64,000 bases of DNA, from contig CAIIXF020000001.1 of NCBI GenBank assembly GCA_903813345.2, positions 3,286,001 through 3,350,000 of the forward strand, given 5' to 3'. The position numbers and the translations under genes are program-made. The notes under the pieces were generated by a model. The model was not told the DNA's origin. It saw only the letters and a list, made by a program, of their open reading frames with translations, and did no database searches. Origin of the DNA: Owenia fusiformis. Lineage: Eukaryota. Shown piece by piece: positions 1 through 13,505 of the stretch (positions are counted from its first letter, which is position 1; the number at the start of each line of letters is the position of its first letter).

Positions 1-1674
1 TTTGGAGATTCTGTGGTACAGTCTGATATGAAACAATGGCCGTTTAAAGTTACAAACGATGGGGGTAAACCTAAAATTGAGGTGGACTATAAAAATGAAC
101 TTAAAAAATTTACCCCTGAGGAAATCAGTTCAATGGTTTTGACAAAAATGAAGGAAACCGCAGAAGCATACTTGGGTCAAAAGGTCACTGAAGCAGTAAT
201 CACTGTCCCTGCTTATTTCAATGACTCTCAGAGACAGGCTACTAAGGATGCTGGCCACATTGCAGGGCTGAACGTCAAGCGTATTGTAAACGAGCCAACT
301 GCTGCAGCCCTTGCATATGGACTTGATAAAAATATGCGGGGAGAAAAGAATGTACTGATATTCGATCTTGGTGGTGGCACTTTTGATGTGTCAATCTTAA
401 CTATCGATGAGGGTTCAATGTTTGAAGTTCGAGCCACTGCAGGTGATACACATCTTGGTGGGGAAGACTTTGATATGAGAATGGTAAACCACTTTGTACA
501 AGAATTCAAACGCAAAAACAAGAAGGACATTTCCAACAACCCAAGGGCTATGAGACGTCTCCGAACAGCATGTGAGAGGGCAAAGCGCACATTGTCAAGT
601 AGTTCACAGGCAAGCATTGAAATAGACTCCCTATTTGAAGGCATCGACTTCTATACTTCAATCACAAGAGCAAGGTTTGAAGAACTCTGTGCTGATCTAT
701 TCCGTCAAACCTTAGAACCAGTTGAAAAAGCATTACAGGACGCCAAACTTGATAAATCACGTATTGATGATGTCGTATTGGTTGGTGGCTCTACAAGAGT
801 GCCAAAAATACAGAAATTATTGCAAGATTTCATGGGTGGGAAAGAACTCAATAAATCTATCAATCCAGATGAAGCAGTTGCATACGGTGCTGCAATCCAG
901 GCAGCCATCTTATCTGGGGTGAAGGATGAGAAAGTTCAGGATCTCTTGTTGGTTGACGTTGCACCACTCTCCATGGGAATCGAAACCGCTGGTGGTGTCA
1001 TGACAAAAATAATTGAAAGAAACACTCGCATCCCAACAAAGAATGCTCAAACTTTTACCACATATTCCGACAACCAGCCAGGAGTTAGTATCCAAGTGTT
1101 TGAGGGAGAGCGTGCAATGACGAAGGACAACAATCTTCTTGGACAATTTGAACTGTCTGGTATACCTCCAGCTCCGAGGGGTGTTCCAAAAATAGAAGTC
1201 ACATTTGACATTGACGCCAATGGAATTCTCCATGTAACAGCCAAAGATGAAAGCACAGGTAAATCAAACAATATCCGTATCACAAACGACAAAGGCAGGC
1301 TCTCCAAAGAGGACATTGAAAAAATGGTTAATGATGCCAAAAAATATGAAAATGAGGACAATAAACAACGAGAGCGCGTAGCGGCAAGAAACAACTTGGA
1401 GGGTATGGCTTTCAACTATAAAACTGCTGCAACTGAAAATGAGGCCAAAATATCAGCTGATAATAAAGACATTGTATTGAATAAGTGTAAAGACATACTT
1501 TCTTGGATAGACAACAACAGTCTGGCAGAGAAAGAAGAATATGATGATAAATTAGAAGATCTCACTAAAACATGTTCTCCTGTAATGGCCAAGTTACATG
1601 GAGGAGCACCTAACCATGGTCAACAGGGAGGATCTTCTCATGCTGGCGGGCCAACTGTTGAAGAAGTTGATTAA
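1..1674 (+). CDS. HSP70: Heat shock protein 70, cytosolic inducible type; 5' end lies outside the window; no introns in the visible part
   Basis: Open frame from base 1 ([15 protein letters not shown]...) to TAA at 1672-1674. Hsp70 signatures [14 protein letters not shown] and [16 protein letters not shown]-terminal GPTVEEVD. No GGMP repeats, and the extra Ser in IDEGSMFEV is typical of inducible invertebrate Hsp70. The track's start at 13 is an internal GTG. Confidence 0.97.
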   Translation, partial: FGDSVVQSDMKQWPFKVTNDGGKPKIEVDYKNELKKFTPEEISSMVLTKMKETAEAYLGQKVTEAVITVPAYFNDSQRQATKDAGHIAGLNVKRIVNEPTAAALAYGLDKNMRGEKNVLIFDLGGGTFDVSILTIDEGSMFEVRATAGDTHLGGEDFDMRMVNHFVQEFKRKNKKDISNNPRAMRRLRTACERAKRTLSSSSQASIEIDSLFEGIDFYTSITRARFEELCADLFRQTLEPVEKALQDAKLDKSRIDDVVLVGGSTRVPKIQKLLQDFMGGKELNKSINPDEAVAYGAAIQAAILSGVKDEKVQDLLLVDVAPLSMGIETAGGVMTKIIERNTRIPTKNAQTFTTYSDNQPGVSIQVFEGERAMTKDNNLLGQFELSGIPPAPRGVPKIEVTFDIDANGILHVTAKDESTGKSNNIRITNDKGRLSKEDIEKMVNDAKKYENEDNKQRERVAARNNLEGMAFNYKTAATENEAKISADNKDIVLNKCKDILSWIDNNSLAEKEEYDDKLEDLTKTCSPVMAKLHGGAPNHGQQGGSSHAGGPTVEEVD

Positions 1675-3078
1675 TCAAACAATATTGACTGAATGTGAAT
1701 TGATATTGTTATTAGACTATTCATTTTTAAGTATCCGTCAAAATATGGATATAGTCCAATTAAACATAGCATAGCTAGATATACTCCATATCACATTTAT
1801 TGTTTAATATTCATGTAAAATATTTATCCTGTATATTATTTAAAACAGATTATTGTATCATATAGAGATGTAGATTGTAATAATAAAAATTATGTAGGCT
1901 ATGATAGGAAATTATTTTATGTTTATAGTACAGTCTTTATAAGGATCAATGCCCAGACCCAGATTTGAGGACTCATTAATTAATTATTCAGAATGAAATG
2001 TTATTAAGCTAAGCCACTGATTTAGAAATTCATTTTATGATAGATGATGGGGAAATTACCAAATTCTTTAGAATTGAAGAGTTAGCCTTTGATTGTTTCA
2101 GGATTTTGTCACCCCTTTAATATCTCAACGACTACGTATCCTTTCAAGACATAAATCATTCATTTTTGTGTTAATGACTTTGTATTTAGTGCACAAATGA
2201 AACATGCTGAAGCTTTTTTGACAAGTTTTAGAGAATCAGAAATAGCTAGCAGCTTTTCCATAGATTGGCTCAATTTCAGAATCTTGAAGTTCCATTATTG
2301 CTTCTCATGCCCATTTTCTTATCAAAGCAGCAACTCAGCAAGAGATGTGCAACTAACTTTCTAAAAATTGTCGCAGTTTTACAATATTTGTTGCATACAA
2401 CATTGCATGTCATTCGCATGCCTATTTTCCCCAGTTCTGACTTTTAAAAGTACAACAATTAGTGCATGGACCAGTGTCAAAATATATTTAAATTTTTAAA
2501 TTTGGATATTTCATCAAGACTTGCATCTATTTTTTATTATCTACAAAGAATCCCCCAAGATTAACATTATTTCAGCTGATATTCCTCTTGAAACATGGTG
2601 GATCATAAAAATATAAAAAGTGGATTTCCCCTTTTTGAAGCTTTGATCTGAATTTACACTTCTTAATGCTGAAATTGATAGTTTATCCATACATTTAAAG
2701 GTAGGCATGTGCCTTGATAGCTCAGAAAAAGAAATTTTCCTATTTTCTCTCTACAGGCCTTGTTGCCCCTTTAGGGAATAAAGACCAAGATACTATTTAT
2801 GGCACAATATATGACTTTATGATTTTTTCTGATTATTGTTAGACCAAAATTGCAGAGCGATTGAGGGTCTCTGGCAATGGGCAGAATAAAATCTAAGGTA
2901 TATTTGCAATAAATCATAGGTTTATCAAGGTCTTTGTTACGATTCTAATAAGATAATCAGACCAGAAAAACAACTTTCCATTCATGAAATCTAGGGTCAT
3001 AGACCAGTAAATAGTTCTAGTAATTGAGATGTCATATATCATTATAGAATAAGCAAAAAATTCTTGACATTTCTACAT

Positions 3079-3630
3079 CAGTGACAAAATATACGGGTAT
3101 ACTTAAGCTGTTTGAAGCAAAACTTGTGATGTAGGTTTTTAAATATTTATTTAAGGAATATGATGAAGTATTTCATGTTTAATTTCATGTGCATGCTCTT
3201 GGCAAGACTTTAACTTTCTTATTATGTGGAAATAACCAACATTTTCCAACCGGTCAATTATGTGGGTGGAATTACCTAGAAAAACTCGAGCTCTGCTCAA
3301 AGATCTAATTAGAAAGTTAAAAGTCTTGGCAAGAGCATGCACATGAATTTAAACATGAAATACTTCAACATATTCCTTTGATAAATCTTTTAAAACCAAC
3401 ATCACAATTTTTGCTTCAGACATGACAAGTAATATATGGAGGACTTCCCACTATCCGTGGGCATTACACATTTATATTTCATTTTTGTACTTAAGTAGTT
3501 TGTAGTTAGTTGTATGCTTTGTGTATGACCCCTGATGGGGATTGAAATACAATAAAGCTAATAAATTTGAATTTGAAATTTGAATTTGACAACGTACAGC
3601 TAAAGTGTACAATCATATATTTTGTCACTG
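3079..3630. mobile_element. Degenerate foldback/MITE with long inverted arms; right arm interrupted by a retroposed 3' fragment (~3423-3592)
   Basis: cagtgacaaaatata...aagactttaactttct (3079-3220) is mirrored by agaaagttaaaagtcttg...tatattttgtcactg (3310-3630). The insert ends in aataaa plus a (tttgaa)n tail and is flanked by tgacaa on both sides. Confidence 0.65.
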
Positions 3631-5410
3631 TACATTCTCGATGGTTAGGCGTGATCTTTTAAATAACTTAATCAGATACCTAAATTCTTACTTCAGATAA
3701 GGCGAACTTCCTTTTTGAAAATATGGTTTCCAACATTTCTTTGTTGTCACCTAATGAAAGAAAACAGGATTAAAGAAGTATGAAATCTTTGAAAAACCAT
3801 TGTTATAATTCATAACGGATAAATATTTATTCCTCCTAAATAAAATTACAAGCAATGAATGTATAAACATCTGGATATTCATCTTCACTATAATAGCTAC
3901 TGCAATCGTTTTACCTGGAACCGCTGGTTATATACTTTATATAACATATAAACAACACACCACCCAATATTTCAGAGCATTATGATTATACATAAGCCTT
4001 TAATAATTTGTTTTACACAGGGCATTGACAAATGACGTTAACTTATGGTCTAAAATTTGAATTATATTGGTACGGTAGCACTTTTAAAAGTTTCAAAAGT
4101 TTGAGTTCAAAATGAATCTGAAACCATTAAAAATTTTGCCTCACTTGGCAATATTGTAAAAACATGTGCTTAAATAATTGTACTTATGCATACATAATTT
4201 CAGGGAAGGGATAAAGTCATTTGTCGATTACTTTAACACAAAAACAAATATCGTGACTCAGACAATTAATAACCTTTACTCAATTTGGTGTTGGAATACT
4301 ACCTCACATGTAATTGTATGTACATGTACAACAATACAATGTTCTACATATTAACATAATTATTCATAAATAAATTACATTCACAACTTATTAATTATCA
4401 AACAATTAACAAATATAGCAAATTGAAATACATTCTTCTGTAGTGGTTATATTTTAAATGTATGTACATGTATGCATAAATGAAACTGGTAGCTAAAAGT
4501 GGCTCAATCTTTGAATAACTCCCGAAACCAAAAATTGAGGCTATCTGTAACTTATGGACTCAGTTACCTCCCCAGGACCTTTTTTCCAAGGGGTGCTAAA
4601 TCAGGGTTCAAAACTCACAACTGCCAATTGTGACCAGTTTCCACTTGGCAATGGACAATGTGGCAATACGTTTTCAAAATGCTAAATTTAATAGAGAAAT
4701 GTTTATAGAAAAGAAAATTTGTACCATTATCTATGAAGTCACAGATAGGTATGAAATTTCAGCTTGGGGTATTTCATGAACACAGTCAGAGATCGAACCA
4801 CTTAAAATTTTCTAAATAATATGGCACAATTACTCTTTTACGAAAATGAAAAATGTGAACCAAAATATAAACATTTAGAAAAAAACTAATATAAAATTAC
4901 AAAATACAACTTATTTTTCTAAGCAATAAATACATTTGTTTGTATACAATGATGGACTGAAGAAATATGTACAGCCTCTATTAAGTACTAGGGGTGGCCA
5001 TGAATAACACATTGGTAGATCTATGCTTCACGCTTAATCAGATTATTGAATATCAAGTACATGTGCTGCATTTCTTTACAACTTCAATAAATAACTTATT
5101 TAACAAAAACGTCTAGCACAGTAGGCCTATATGAGTTACTGATTCACTAGATTTGAAAATAAGTTTTTTAGGGTCAATATGCACTTATGATCAGTAGGAG
5201 TGGCAGTGTATCACTGGGAGTAAGGAATATAACTCACATTCCGATTCAGGACCAAGGAATAAGCTTTTTGTGAGTTTATCTCATGACTTTCAGATATTTC
5301 AGAGCTTTTTGACAATTGATTTTGATGTTGTGATATGTTTAGTGAAATTTTGTGTAGGGTCGATATAATGGTACAGGAAAATATACAAATTCTTTGCTTG
5401 ACTTCTTGTA

Positions 5411-6141
5411 GAGGGTGTCCCGAAAGTATTCCCCCCTATCTAGGCAGACATGTACCAATGTCTCCATAGTATGTGTGATATATCATATTAAAGCATATCC
5501 AAAGTTACATTGATTTGCCAACTATCATGGTTCAACTCACAAATGCTAAAAAGTTACAGGCATTTTTGGTCATTATGGAAAGCATTGCTGCTGTTAACAT
5601 ATCCTAGGGAGACAAATCAACTTTTATTTTGGTGAAAAACTTACTTTAATTTTTTTGCCAAAAACTTTTTCCCATTTGTGAGTTGAACCATGATACATGT
5701 ACTTCGAAAATCGATATAACTTTGGATGAGCTTTAAAATGTTGTATTACATACCCAGCGAAGCATTTGTATTGAAGTCAATGGAGCTGAAGGTCGGCTAT
5801 ATATTCCTGTAAAGCCGCCAAACCTTTTACCATGACAATCTTATGACGTCATCGGGACGTCATGTTTCATTTCTTCCTAATATCACTCGCACACAGACAC
5901 GTGGCATCATTGATATAACGTAGCCATGATATAAAAGTATGTAATACAACCGTTATGTCCGTATCATTGAATATATGCCTTCGGTCTTTCGTAATATAAC
6001 CCTCACAAGCTCGGGCTATATTGGTGACAGACCTCAGGCATATATTCAATGATAGGGACATAACTGCTAAATATGACACATCCTATGGAGACATTGGTAT
6101 ATGTCTGCCTAGGGGGAGCTCCATACTTTCGGGACACTCTG
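5411..6141. mobile_element. Tc1/mariner-type MITE
   Basis: TIRs GAGGGTGTCCCGAAAGTAT...taggcagacatgtaccaatgtctccatag and the inverse ending gggacactctg; TA on both flanks (5409-10, 6142-43); extra internal inverted repeats. Confidence 0.8.
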
Positions 6142-7267
6142 TATATGATTTTTACTTATGGTTTAATCTAAATCGAATATTTGCCAAAATGAATATATAA
6201 GAAAATTGCAAATGGTGGCAGATGTAAATTAATATTCTAAATATTATAAAATACTCAATAAAAAATGTCAAATTACAGTATTCCCTGAGAAAGAATAGCA
6301 AGCTGTACATCCTTAGTTAGTGAGTATATATACATGTAATAGTCTCTATTCATTTAAAACATATTACATGTGCATGTATTCCACAGACAAACTCTGGAAG
6401 GAATGAAGCATGTGCATCATTTTCATTATGAGTCACAGTGCCTCTCCCCATCTGCTTTAGAAATGTGCTAGCATGTCATGCACATTACATAGACTACATT
6501 GCATAGACTATACATTACATGTTGACTTCTTTGTTGTTAATGTCAATAGGTTTACACTACAATTCAAATAAGTCACAATTATCGATAATTATAAATTTAA
6601 GTCTTTCAGTTTCATATTTAAATCATTAAGATAAGAAAGAATTATCTTAACATCTCAACACCCAGTGCAAATAAGCCAAATACATTACATAAATCTTGGG
6701 AGGTTGTGAATTCTCTAATAGCACATGTTCGTAATATCACATGTTCGGAAGACATAAACCAATTTTTACATCAAGCCCCTTCCCCTTTGCTCTAAAACTA
6801 TAGATAGTGGGAGGGGGTTAGGAATTTGATCCAAGAGTAGATAAGAGGAAAACTGAATCTAGTTTACTTTTAATAGCAGATCAGAACCTTTTTTATTTAT
6901 CAGAACAATATTTACAATACACTGCTTATTGTTGTCCTAAGTACAACCAAACAGGATTAAAGCCTCGAGCCACATTAACTAAAAGGACAAATTGCCTAGA
7001 ATACAAATACAATAGATTTTGGGGTTTAATTAGCAGCAGACAATTCTTCAGTTGTTTAACCAAACTTTCCAGTTGTTTTAAGGATGTTTACAGCTGTAAC
7101 CTTGTTAAGAATACCAGCAACTGCAAGTACCACTCGTTTCCCTTTGTTTTGCCCATTGTCTGTGATTCTAATGTGACCCCCAATTTTAATGTAGGAAATG
7201 TGTTTATATTGCATTGACTACTTTGTAGCACTATTCTTTTCATATACTAGTACTATCTACATCTGAA

Positions 7268-9613
7268 TCAACATTTTAATTCACTACCAAGTTCCTGCTC
7301 TTTTACATGTTCCGTTGATGGGGCCTCATTAGACATGGCCTTTAACTCCAGTTGGTCTAAACAGGACTGGATGTATTTCACTGTCTTTTTCCGTGCTTGT
7401 CGGATTTCATCTTGTCCATTTGATTCTACTAAATCCAATTTCAGTAAAGATCTAGTCAACATTTCTTCTAACATTTTATATTGTTTATCTTGTTTAGACC
7501 CTGTGAAGTCTTCAATCTGTGTTTGATACCCCATTGCCTCCGAGAGAACTTTCTCAATCGTCTCCATTGGGGTGAGTTTAGGTGCTGGAGAAGGGGACCT
7601 AGATCTTGGTTTCACATCCTCTGGTTTCTGAAGAAATGCACCTGACTTTGCTTCAGTAGGTTTAGCAGTTGGTTCAGCTGAGTATTGTTGTTGAGGTTGC
7701 TGAGGTCTTGACTGACGTTCAGGCTCGGGTGGATTTCCAGGTCCATGGGCTATGGGTATCTCCCAAGCTTTTTGCCCAGAATCTTTGCTTGGTTTAAACT
7801 CAGTCCTTCGCAATACAGGGCTTGCCTTTGGGCTACTATGCCGAGCTGTTTCTGAAAAACGTTGTGGGCTAGAACGATGAGGACTTCCTACAAATTGACG
7901 TGATGGATTTGAATGGTTAGTGTCCATGGGCTCAGATTGTTGTGGTCCCCAATTCTGTTGCTGAGGTGGCATTTGTTGAGGGCGTTCTTGATTATGGCCT
8001 GAACCTTCATGTACAATTGGTATCTGAACTCCATCTTGATGACCTGATGTCGCATGTGACTGAAAATATATAAAACAAAGATCAATATAAATGTATACAG
8101 TCTACAGAATAGGCAAAAATATGATCACATTCTGAAAAAAAATTAGCTTACTCAATCTATATAAAAGGTATTTAATTTCCAGCGAAATGCTATGAAGAAG
8201 TAAATATATGAATCTGCATATGTTACAAAGTAATATTTACCATCTACTCTACCCTTGATTAAATTTCCACTGATTTAAACATTTGGGTGACCATTTAGCG
8301 TATCGAAGTAATAGTAAATTCCTGCTCTAGACAGCAAATTTGAATCAACATTATACATCTCAGTGGGATAGCGTGAGTACTTTGTGAGTGTATGATACAG
8401 TGAGAGAACTGAATGAGCTTTGAGGGGGGTTCTCCCCCAAGAAAATTACAAAACAAAATTGCATTTGAAGCATTCTGGGGCATTTTAAAAACGAAATTCA
8501 GACTACTATGGACTAATAAAATGTAAATTATTGGCCATTTTTATGGGTTCGCTCCCCCCCTTCCGGTCAGGTCAAGGAAACTTTTAACTTCTGGTCAAGA
8601 TTTTAATTACACTAAATTTAGGAACTTTCCAAACAGTTTCGGCCTTTTAAATCCTGTGTAATATTTTGCAATATCGTTCAGTTTACTTATGCCATGCTCA
8701 GTTTGTCCCGATTTTCTCTAAATTTAATGTTCTCAGTGGTCAAGCAGGTGACCTCACTTGACCCTGACGTCACTGATCACTGTTGACCAATCAGTGCGCA
8801 GTAGACCAGACCCATACATCGCTATCGCTCTCGTTTTATTTGAACAGATTCCAATTTGCTGCTACAATATTGCGTATACCACCAAGTACCAACCACCATA
8901 CTGTATTTGGGATTGACGCACATATTTCACACAACCCCAAGCACCTGCAGAGGGTGTCAGATATGTTGTTTTACACCGTTACACCGTAAAGATTTGTTGG
9001 ACCATTCTCGGATTCGATAAATAAAAGATTTTCTTATTTTCTACGACAATTTGGTTACTTTTAATTCGGGTAGGGAACTTTTTCCAATTGTGGTTAGCAA
9101 TATAGTTACACAACGACAGAATCTCAAAGATAATCATGCAATAAAATAATTTTGGAATGTGTTTTTGATCCTACCACCCCTATGAAAAAAATAAAAGCGC
9201 CCGCCTGGGTCGCCTGCCCGCCTGTAGGTGCATTCATGCAGCCTCTGGGTCTCTGAGGATCGTGTTGGCCCTAATGCAAGTCCATACGACAATCCTACGC
9301 ATTAGAGGCAGTGTTCACCGTCCGCCTGTACAATAGTCTACAGGTAACCGGAAAAAACTTGTTTAAGGCTGTAGTTCAGGAATATAGGCCCAATGTAAAC
9401 AATGTTAAATGAATAGAATTATATCTAAACTCAACTTACGTGTCGCCTTGGGTCTGACCAAGTCGTTTTCTGTTCACGATGGTTGACAAAAAATGGCCAA
9501 CCAGTTTGTGGGTCGATCAACATTTCCCAATCGGGTGGTAATGGTTCGTTATTCACTGGTGGTTGTGCTCTCTGTTGTCGCTGTTGATAATGGTGGTTAT
9601 TATGGTATGACAT
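7268..9613 (-). CDS. BAG3: BAG3/starvin-like Hsp70 co-chaperone (WW + two IPV-like motifs + Pro-rich region + BAG domain); exons 9613-9440 and 8059-7268
   Basis: Exon 1 encodes a WW domain ([32 protein letters not shown]) and ends at a phase-0 gtaagt donor. Acceptor ttttcag opens [18 protein letters not shown], in frame with the 7268-7972 ORF. That ORF contains WEIPIAH, RSRSPSP and a BAG domain ([38 protein letters not shown]). Confidence 0.9.
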
Positions 9614-9637
9614 ATTTTATATCTGATGATATATAAA

Positions 9638-9706
9638 TCCAGAAAATTCCACTAATTTCAAGAATTTCCAGGCAGTTCGAGATCTTTCGAGTAATTCCGA
9701 AAACTC
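9638..9706. promoter_or_regulatory. Cluster of heat-shock-element-like nGAAn/nTTCn units in the BAG3/TMEM60 divergent promoter
   Basis: tccAGAAaaTTCc, TTCaaGAAttTCC and TTCgaGATctTTCgaGTAatTCCga lie just upstream of the BAG3 ATG; CCAAT-like boxes near 9712 and 9745. Confidence 0.65.
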
Positions 9707-9960
9707 AACAACCAATGAAATCATTTGTTACAAACATACTTGGATTGGTTTTTGTACACATTCCAAATATATGGCAAATAAATTTCAGTACGATAAGACA
9801 AATAAGCAAATAATTTGCATTTCGAGAAACTATTATAAAACAAAATTCTGCTACTGATGTACGTGAGACAGTTTTGTCCTGAATATAATGTTACTTTTAT
9901 TTTCACTAATTGCTAAATAAATTGGACTGTGTATCAAGATAAAAACAAAAGTTTATTGAA

Positions 9961-10347
9961 ATGGCAGCTTTACATCGAGCCTTATTTACTTGGTTTATCG
10001 TGCTAATATCCATCATATTGCTTGTATTAAAACTAGATGGAAAGGCTGAATGGAACTGGTTTATAATAGTGATACCTATGTGGTTATTTGATGGTATTAT
10101 TGTTGTGTACATTATTTTCAAAATGATCAGTCACTGCATCAATGGTTATTCAGACCTCACAATGCCTAGGAAAGTATGGTTCCTAATATGTATGTTGATG
10201 AAACTAACATTCCAAGTACTGATATGTGTACGCCTAGAAAATTACAACGCGATGCCACTTTACTACGCCATGATCCCATTTTGGTTGCTTATGATTGCAA
10301 CGACAGGTGACATTGGACGAACAATACTAAGTAAAATTCAGCAATGA
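9961..10347 (+). CDS. TMEM60: Transmembrane protein 60, single coding exon
   Basis: 128-aa hydrophobic ORF with LVLKLDGKAEWNWFIIVIPMWLFD and KVWFLICMLMKLTFQ, matching the TMEM60 family pattern as recalled. Confidence 0.88.
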   Translation: MAALHRALFTWFIVLISIILLVLKLDGKAEWNWFIIVIPMWLFDGIIVVYIIFKMISHCINGYSDLTMPRKVWFLICMLMKLTFQVLICVRLENYNAMPLYYAMIPFWLLMIATTGDIGRTILSKIQQ

Positions 10348-11450
10348 TTTTTGTATACTAGATACCAATCATGCCAAAATATGGATGCACAGGTGTAACA
10401 TAAGTGCCAATGGATTTCTAAATCATTCTAACATGTCTCCGAGACAATGTCACATGAGATTCGTGTGACATTGTAACACTGCTGTTCGATAAAATACATC
10501 TGTGATCTATGTTACTGTGTCCCTACAAAATGCCAGGATGGATGAATATACAATTTGACATGCTGTATGAGTATGAAGTGCAAGTCATGGTGATGTGCGA
10601 GAGTACACTACTGATAATCCATACATTATCTTTTAATATAATGTAATGTGTTCAGCTTGTTCCACCTGCAGTTATCATTCAATTTCAAGTGAAATTGTAG
10701 GACACGATCATTGATGCAATGGATCAGCGACTGCGAATTGCAACTTGGGAGTACAAGGGTCTTGAAACAACAGACCAAGGCAATCATGAATTTGTTTGGA
10801 TATAAGCATCTTATTGCTACATAAGTACAATATTTTGGATTATCACATCTCAAACTATAACTGTGATTGGTTAGATCGTGTCACATGACCATAGGCATTT
10901 GATAATTCAGTCTTACACATTGAAAGGCCCAGATGGCCTGTGAAATTGTTGAAGTTCTAGGATGAACTATATGATATTGTTGACGTTGAGTCATGTGCCA
11001 GGTTGAGCTATGTGATATTTCATCTCAATATCGCATAATGGCATGAAGACAATGTTGCTCAACTGACAGCACTTTTTGGTAAAAACATTATTTCATGACT
11101 TAGAGTGTGATATTATATTAAATATCAACTCTTGATATCACCTTGTATGATATTTTTTCCTTGAAGTGATATTTCAGTTTATTATATCACTATCTAGCTA
11201 GCGACAGTATGATTGGTCAAAACCGGGTCACATGTCGTGGGATATCTGGCGATATTCAATGGCAATGCTAATCAGATAAGACAACCGTGAGATATCTAGC
11301 GATATCCCACGCTCCCGGGAATTTTCAAAGAATTTGTTTTCGTTCAGTGTAAATAATTTAGTTCAGTTTAAGTCAAAATGGCAGACGAACTGAGTAGATT
11401 CGTAAAAATATCTGAAGACTTAATGACTTAATAATATTAGGGATGTTTAA

Positions 11451-11627
11451 CTAGACAGTGATATAATAAAACAAATATTTCACTCTATTTTCGGTGAATA
11501 CCTGTAGCACTTTCACAAGGTGATATTCCACTTGCCCTTTGGGCTTCGTGGAATATCACTTGTGAAAGATGTACAGGTATTCACCTCAATAGAGTGAAAT
11601 ATTTGTTCAGTATTATATCACTATTTA
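11451..11627. repeat. Palindromic (hairpin) repeat, part of a larger degenerate element; related sequence at ~12170-12300 and 27780-30308
   Basis: agtgatataataaaacaaatatttcactcta...gatattccac / gtggaatatc...tagagtgaaatatttgttcagtattatatcact. Confidence 0.65.
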
Positions 11628-11740
11628 GCCTTGTTCAAGTCAGAGTCATTTTTATTTATTTTTTACTTTTGCATTATTTTTTATTTATATTAATTGAAGA
11701 TCAAGATAAGTAAAACAAAATACTGATTTAGGCAAGGCTA
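11626..11740. mobile_element. Short palindromic MITE; same family at 57107-57213
   Basis: tagccttgttcaagtcag ... ctgatttaggcaaggcta; the second copy reads tagccttacccaagtcag ... ctgacttgggcaaggcta. Confidence 0.6.
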
Positions 11741-13505
11741 ATCAGTAATCACTGACTCACATTTCTCACTCTCTGATTGGTCTGTGTCTTACATGTGACT
11801 AAAAATGAGAGGAGATATTCAATGGCTGTAGATATGACTATGAAAAATCAAATGATATTCACCAGTTATGACTTAGTTCAGTGTAATTTTAATTTTATAT
11901 ACTGTACTTCTATTTAATTTGGTGCTATTTGTTTTGGTGGATTTGCTATTTTGATTTATTTGGTGGCTACTTAATTTGGCAAACTTGCAATATTACAATG
12001 TAATAATGGTACCAATTTACATGGTACTAAAATTATTGGGTAATATGGCAGCGACTTGATTTGGTGAACTTTAACAATTTGAGTGATCCGCCAAATAAAG
12101 TACAAGTACAGTATCCCTGGGAATACTTTGTTATTATTAATTAGACATCTGTTGTTTGTTATATTCCATTAGTTCGAGTGAGGAATAGCAGTGAATAATT
12201 AAAACAAATATTATTTTTTGGCTTCATGGAATAACGCTTGTGAAAGATGCGCAGGTATTCACCTCAATAGAATTAAATGTCTGCAATGCAAATATCACCC
12301 TCATTCATGTAACCGTGCTATAACATGAAATAGTTTTACATGGGTGAGTGGACAGTTAATGTCACTGTGATTAGCAGTTTGTTTGCCATTATAAGTGTTT
12401 TTGCTATTGAAAGATGTTACTTCCACAACAAATCAACTCAAGAACGTACAATGCTATATTGGAGAAGTCATAAATTTGCAATTGAAATGATAATGTATTT
12501 GTATCGATACATCCTGTCTTTAAATCCTCACAGGCTAATTTAATGACAAATAAGATAAATAAAAATTGTTCTTAAAAATAAGATTGCTTTTGTGCTTTCT
12601 CAATATTAAAATATTACGCTATGTCACTTTGATTTTCATGTCAAATATTCAAAATTCAAATTAATATTTTTATCATAATTTTGGCAAATTTTTGTTAAAC
12701 CATTGGATCCAATGGTTAAACTGTTTTTTTGCTCATGCAGATTTGTGTATTCATTCAAGGATAAAAGTCATATCATATCTCAAGTAAATCATATATATTC
12801 TCTCTATCACAATCCATTTGACTGTAATTTGACAGTAAAATACTCATCATTTATGCTGATTTTTAGTGGACCTCCAAACTTGTTTGTTGGTTCAGAAACG
12901 GTGTCTTAGGTATTTTGGACAATCTTTTAATGTACAGGATGAGCCATAAAAGGTTACACAAACAAATGCTGATAACTCAGTCATTCAACATGAGTTTAAA
13001 GTCATATTTGGTTTCTTCGAAATGTTATTTTATTCCTCCAAGTTTCATTAGTATTTTCCAAATGGTCATGATTTTATGGCCATTTTACAAAACATGATCC
13101 AAATGCCAGCCTCGTCTCTAGAGCCAAACAAAAATGCGTAGGGTGAAGTTGGTCAGACTACACATTCACAGACATCTTTTGTAATGGCTCTCACCTCCTT
13201 CCATTTTAACTCTGATGCTTCAAGGCTTGTTAGTGAAGACATGATATCCTTAAAGATAAGTCCGGAGGTTCATGTCGGGTGAGAGTGGCATGTATCGGCA
13301 TTTGGAGCACATAATGTAAAATGACCATAAAATCGTGACCATTTGGGAGAGATCAATAAAACTTGTGCTTAATATGACTATAGACCAATACTGGATGACA
13401 AAGTCACATTTAGCCTGAGAATTGAGAAAAAGTATTTACAGTTTTATGGATGGTTAACAGGTTAAGGTGACCATTTTGTTTACGGATACCCAAACTTGGT
13501 AACTA

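Noticed and set aside
228-1415. Antisense ORFs over Hsp70
   Set aside because: Shadow ORFs of a conserved coding strand with no independent coding signal.
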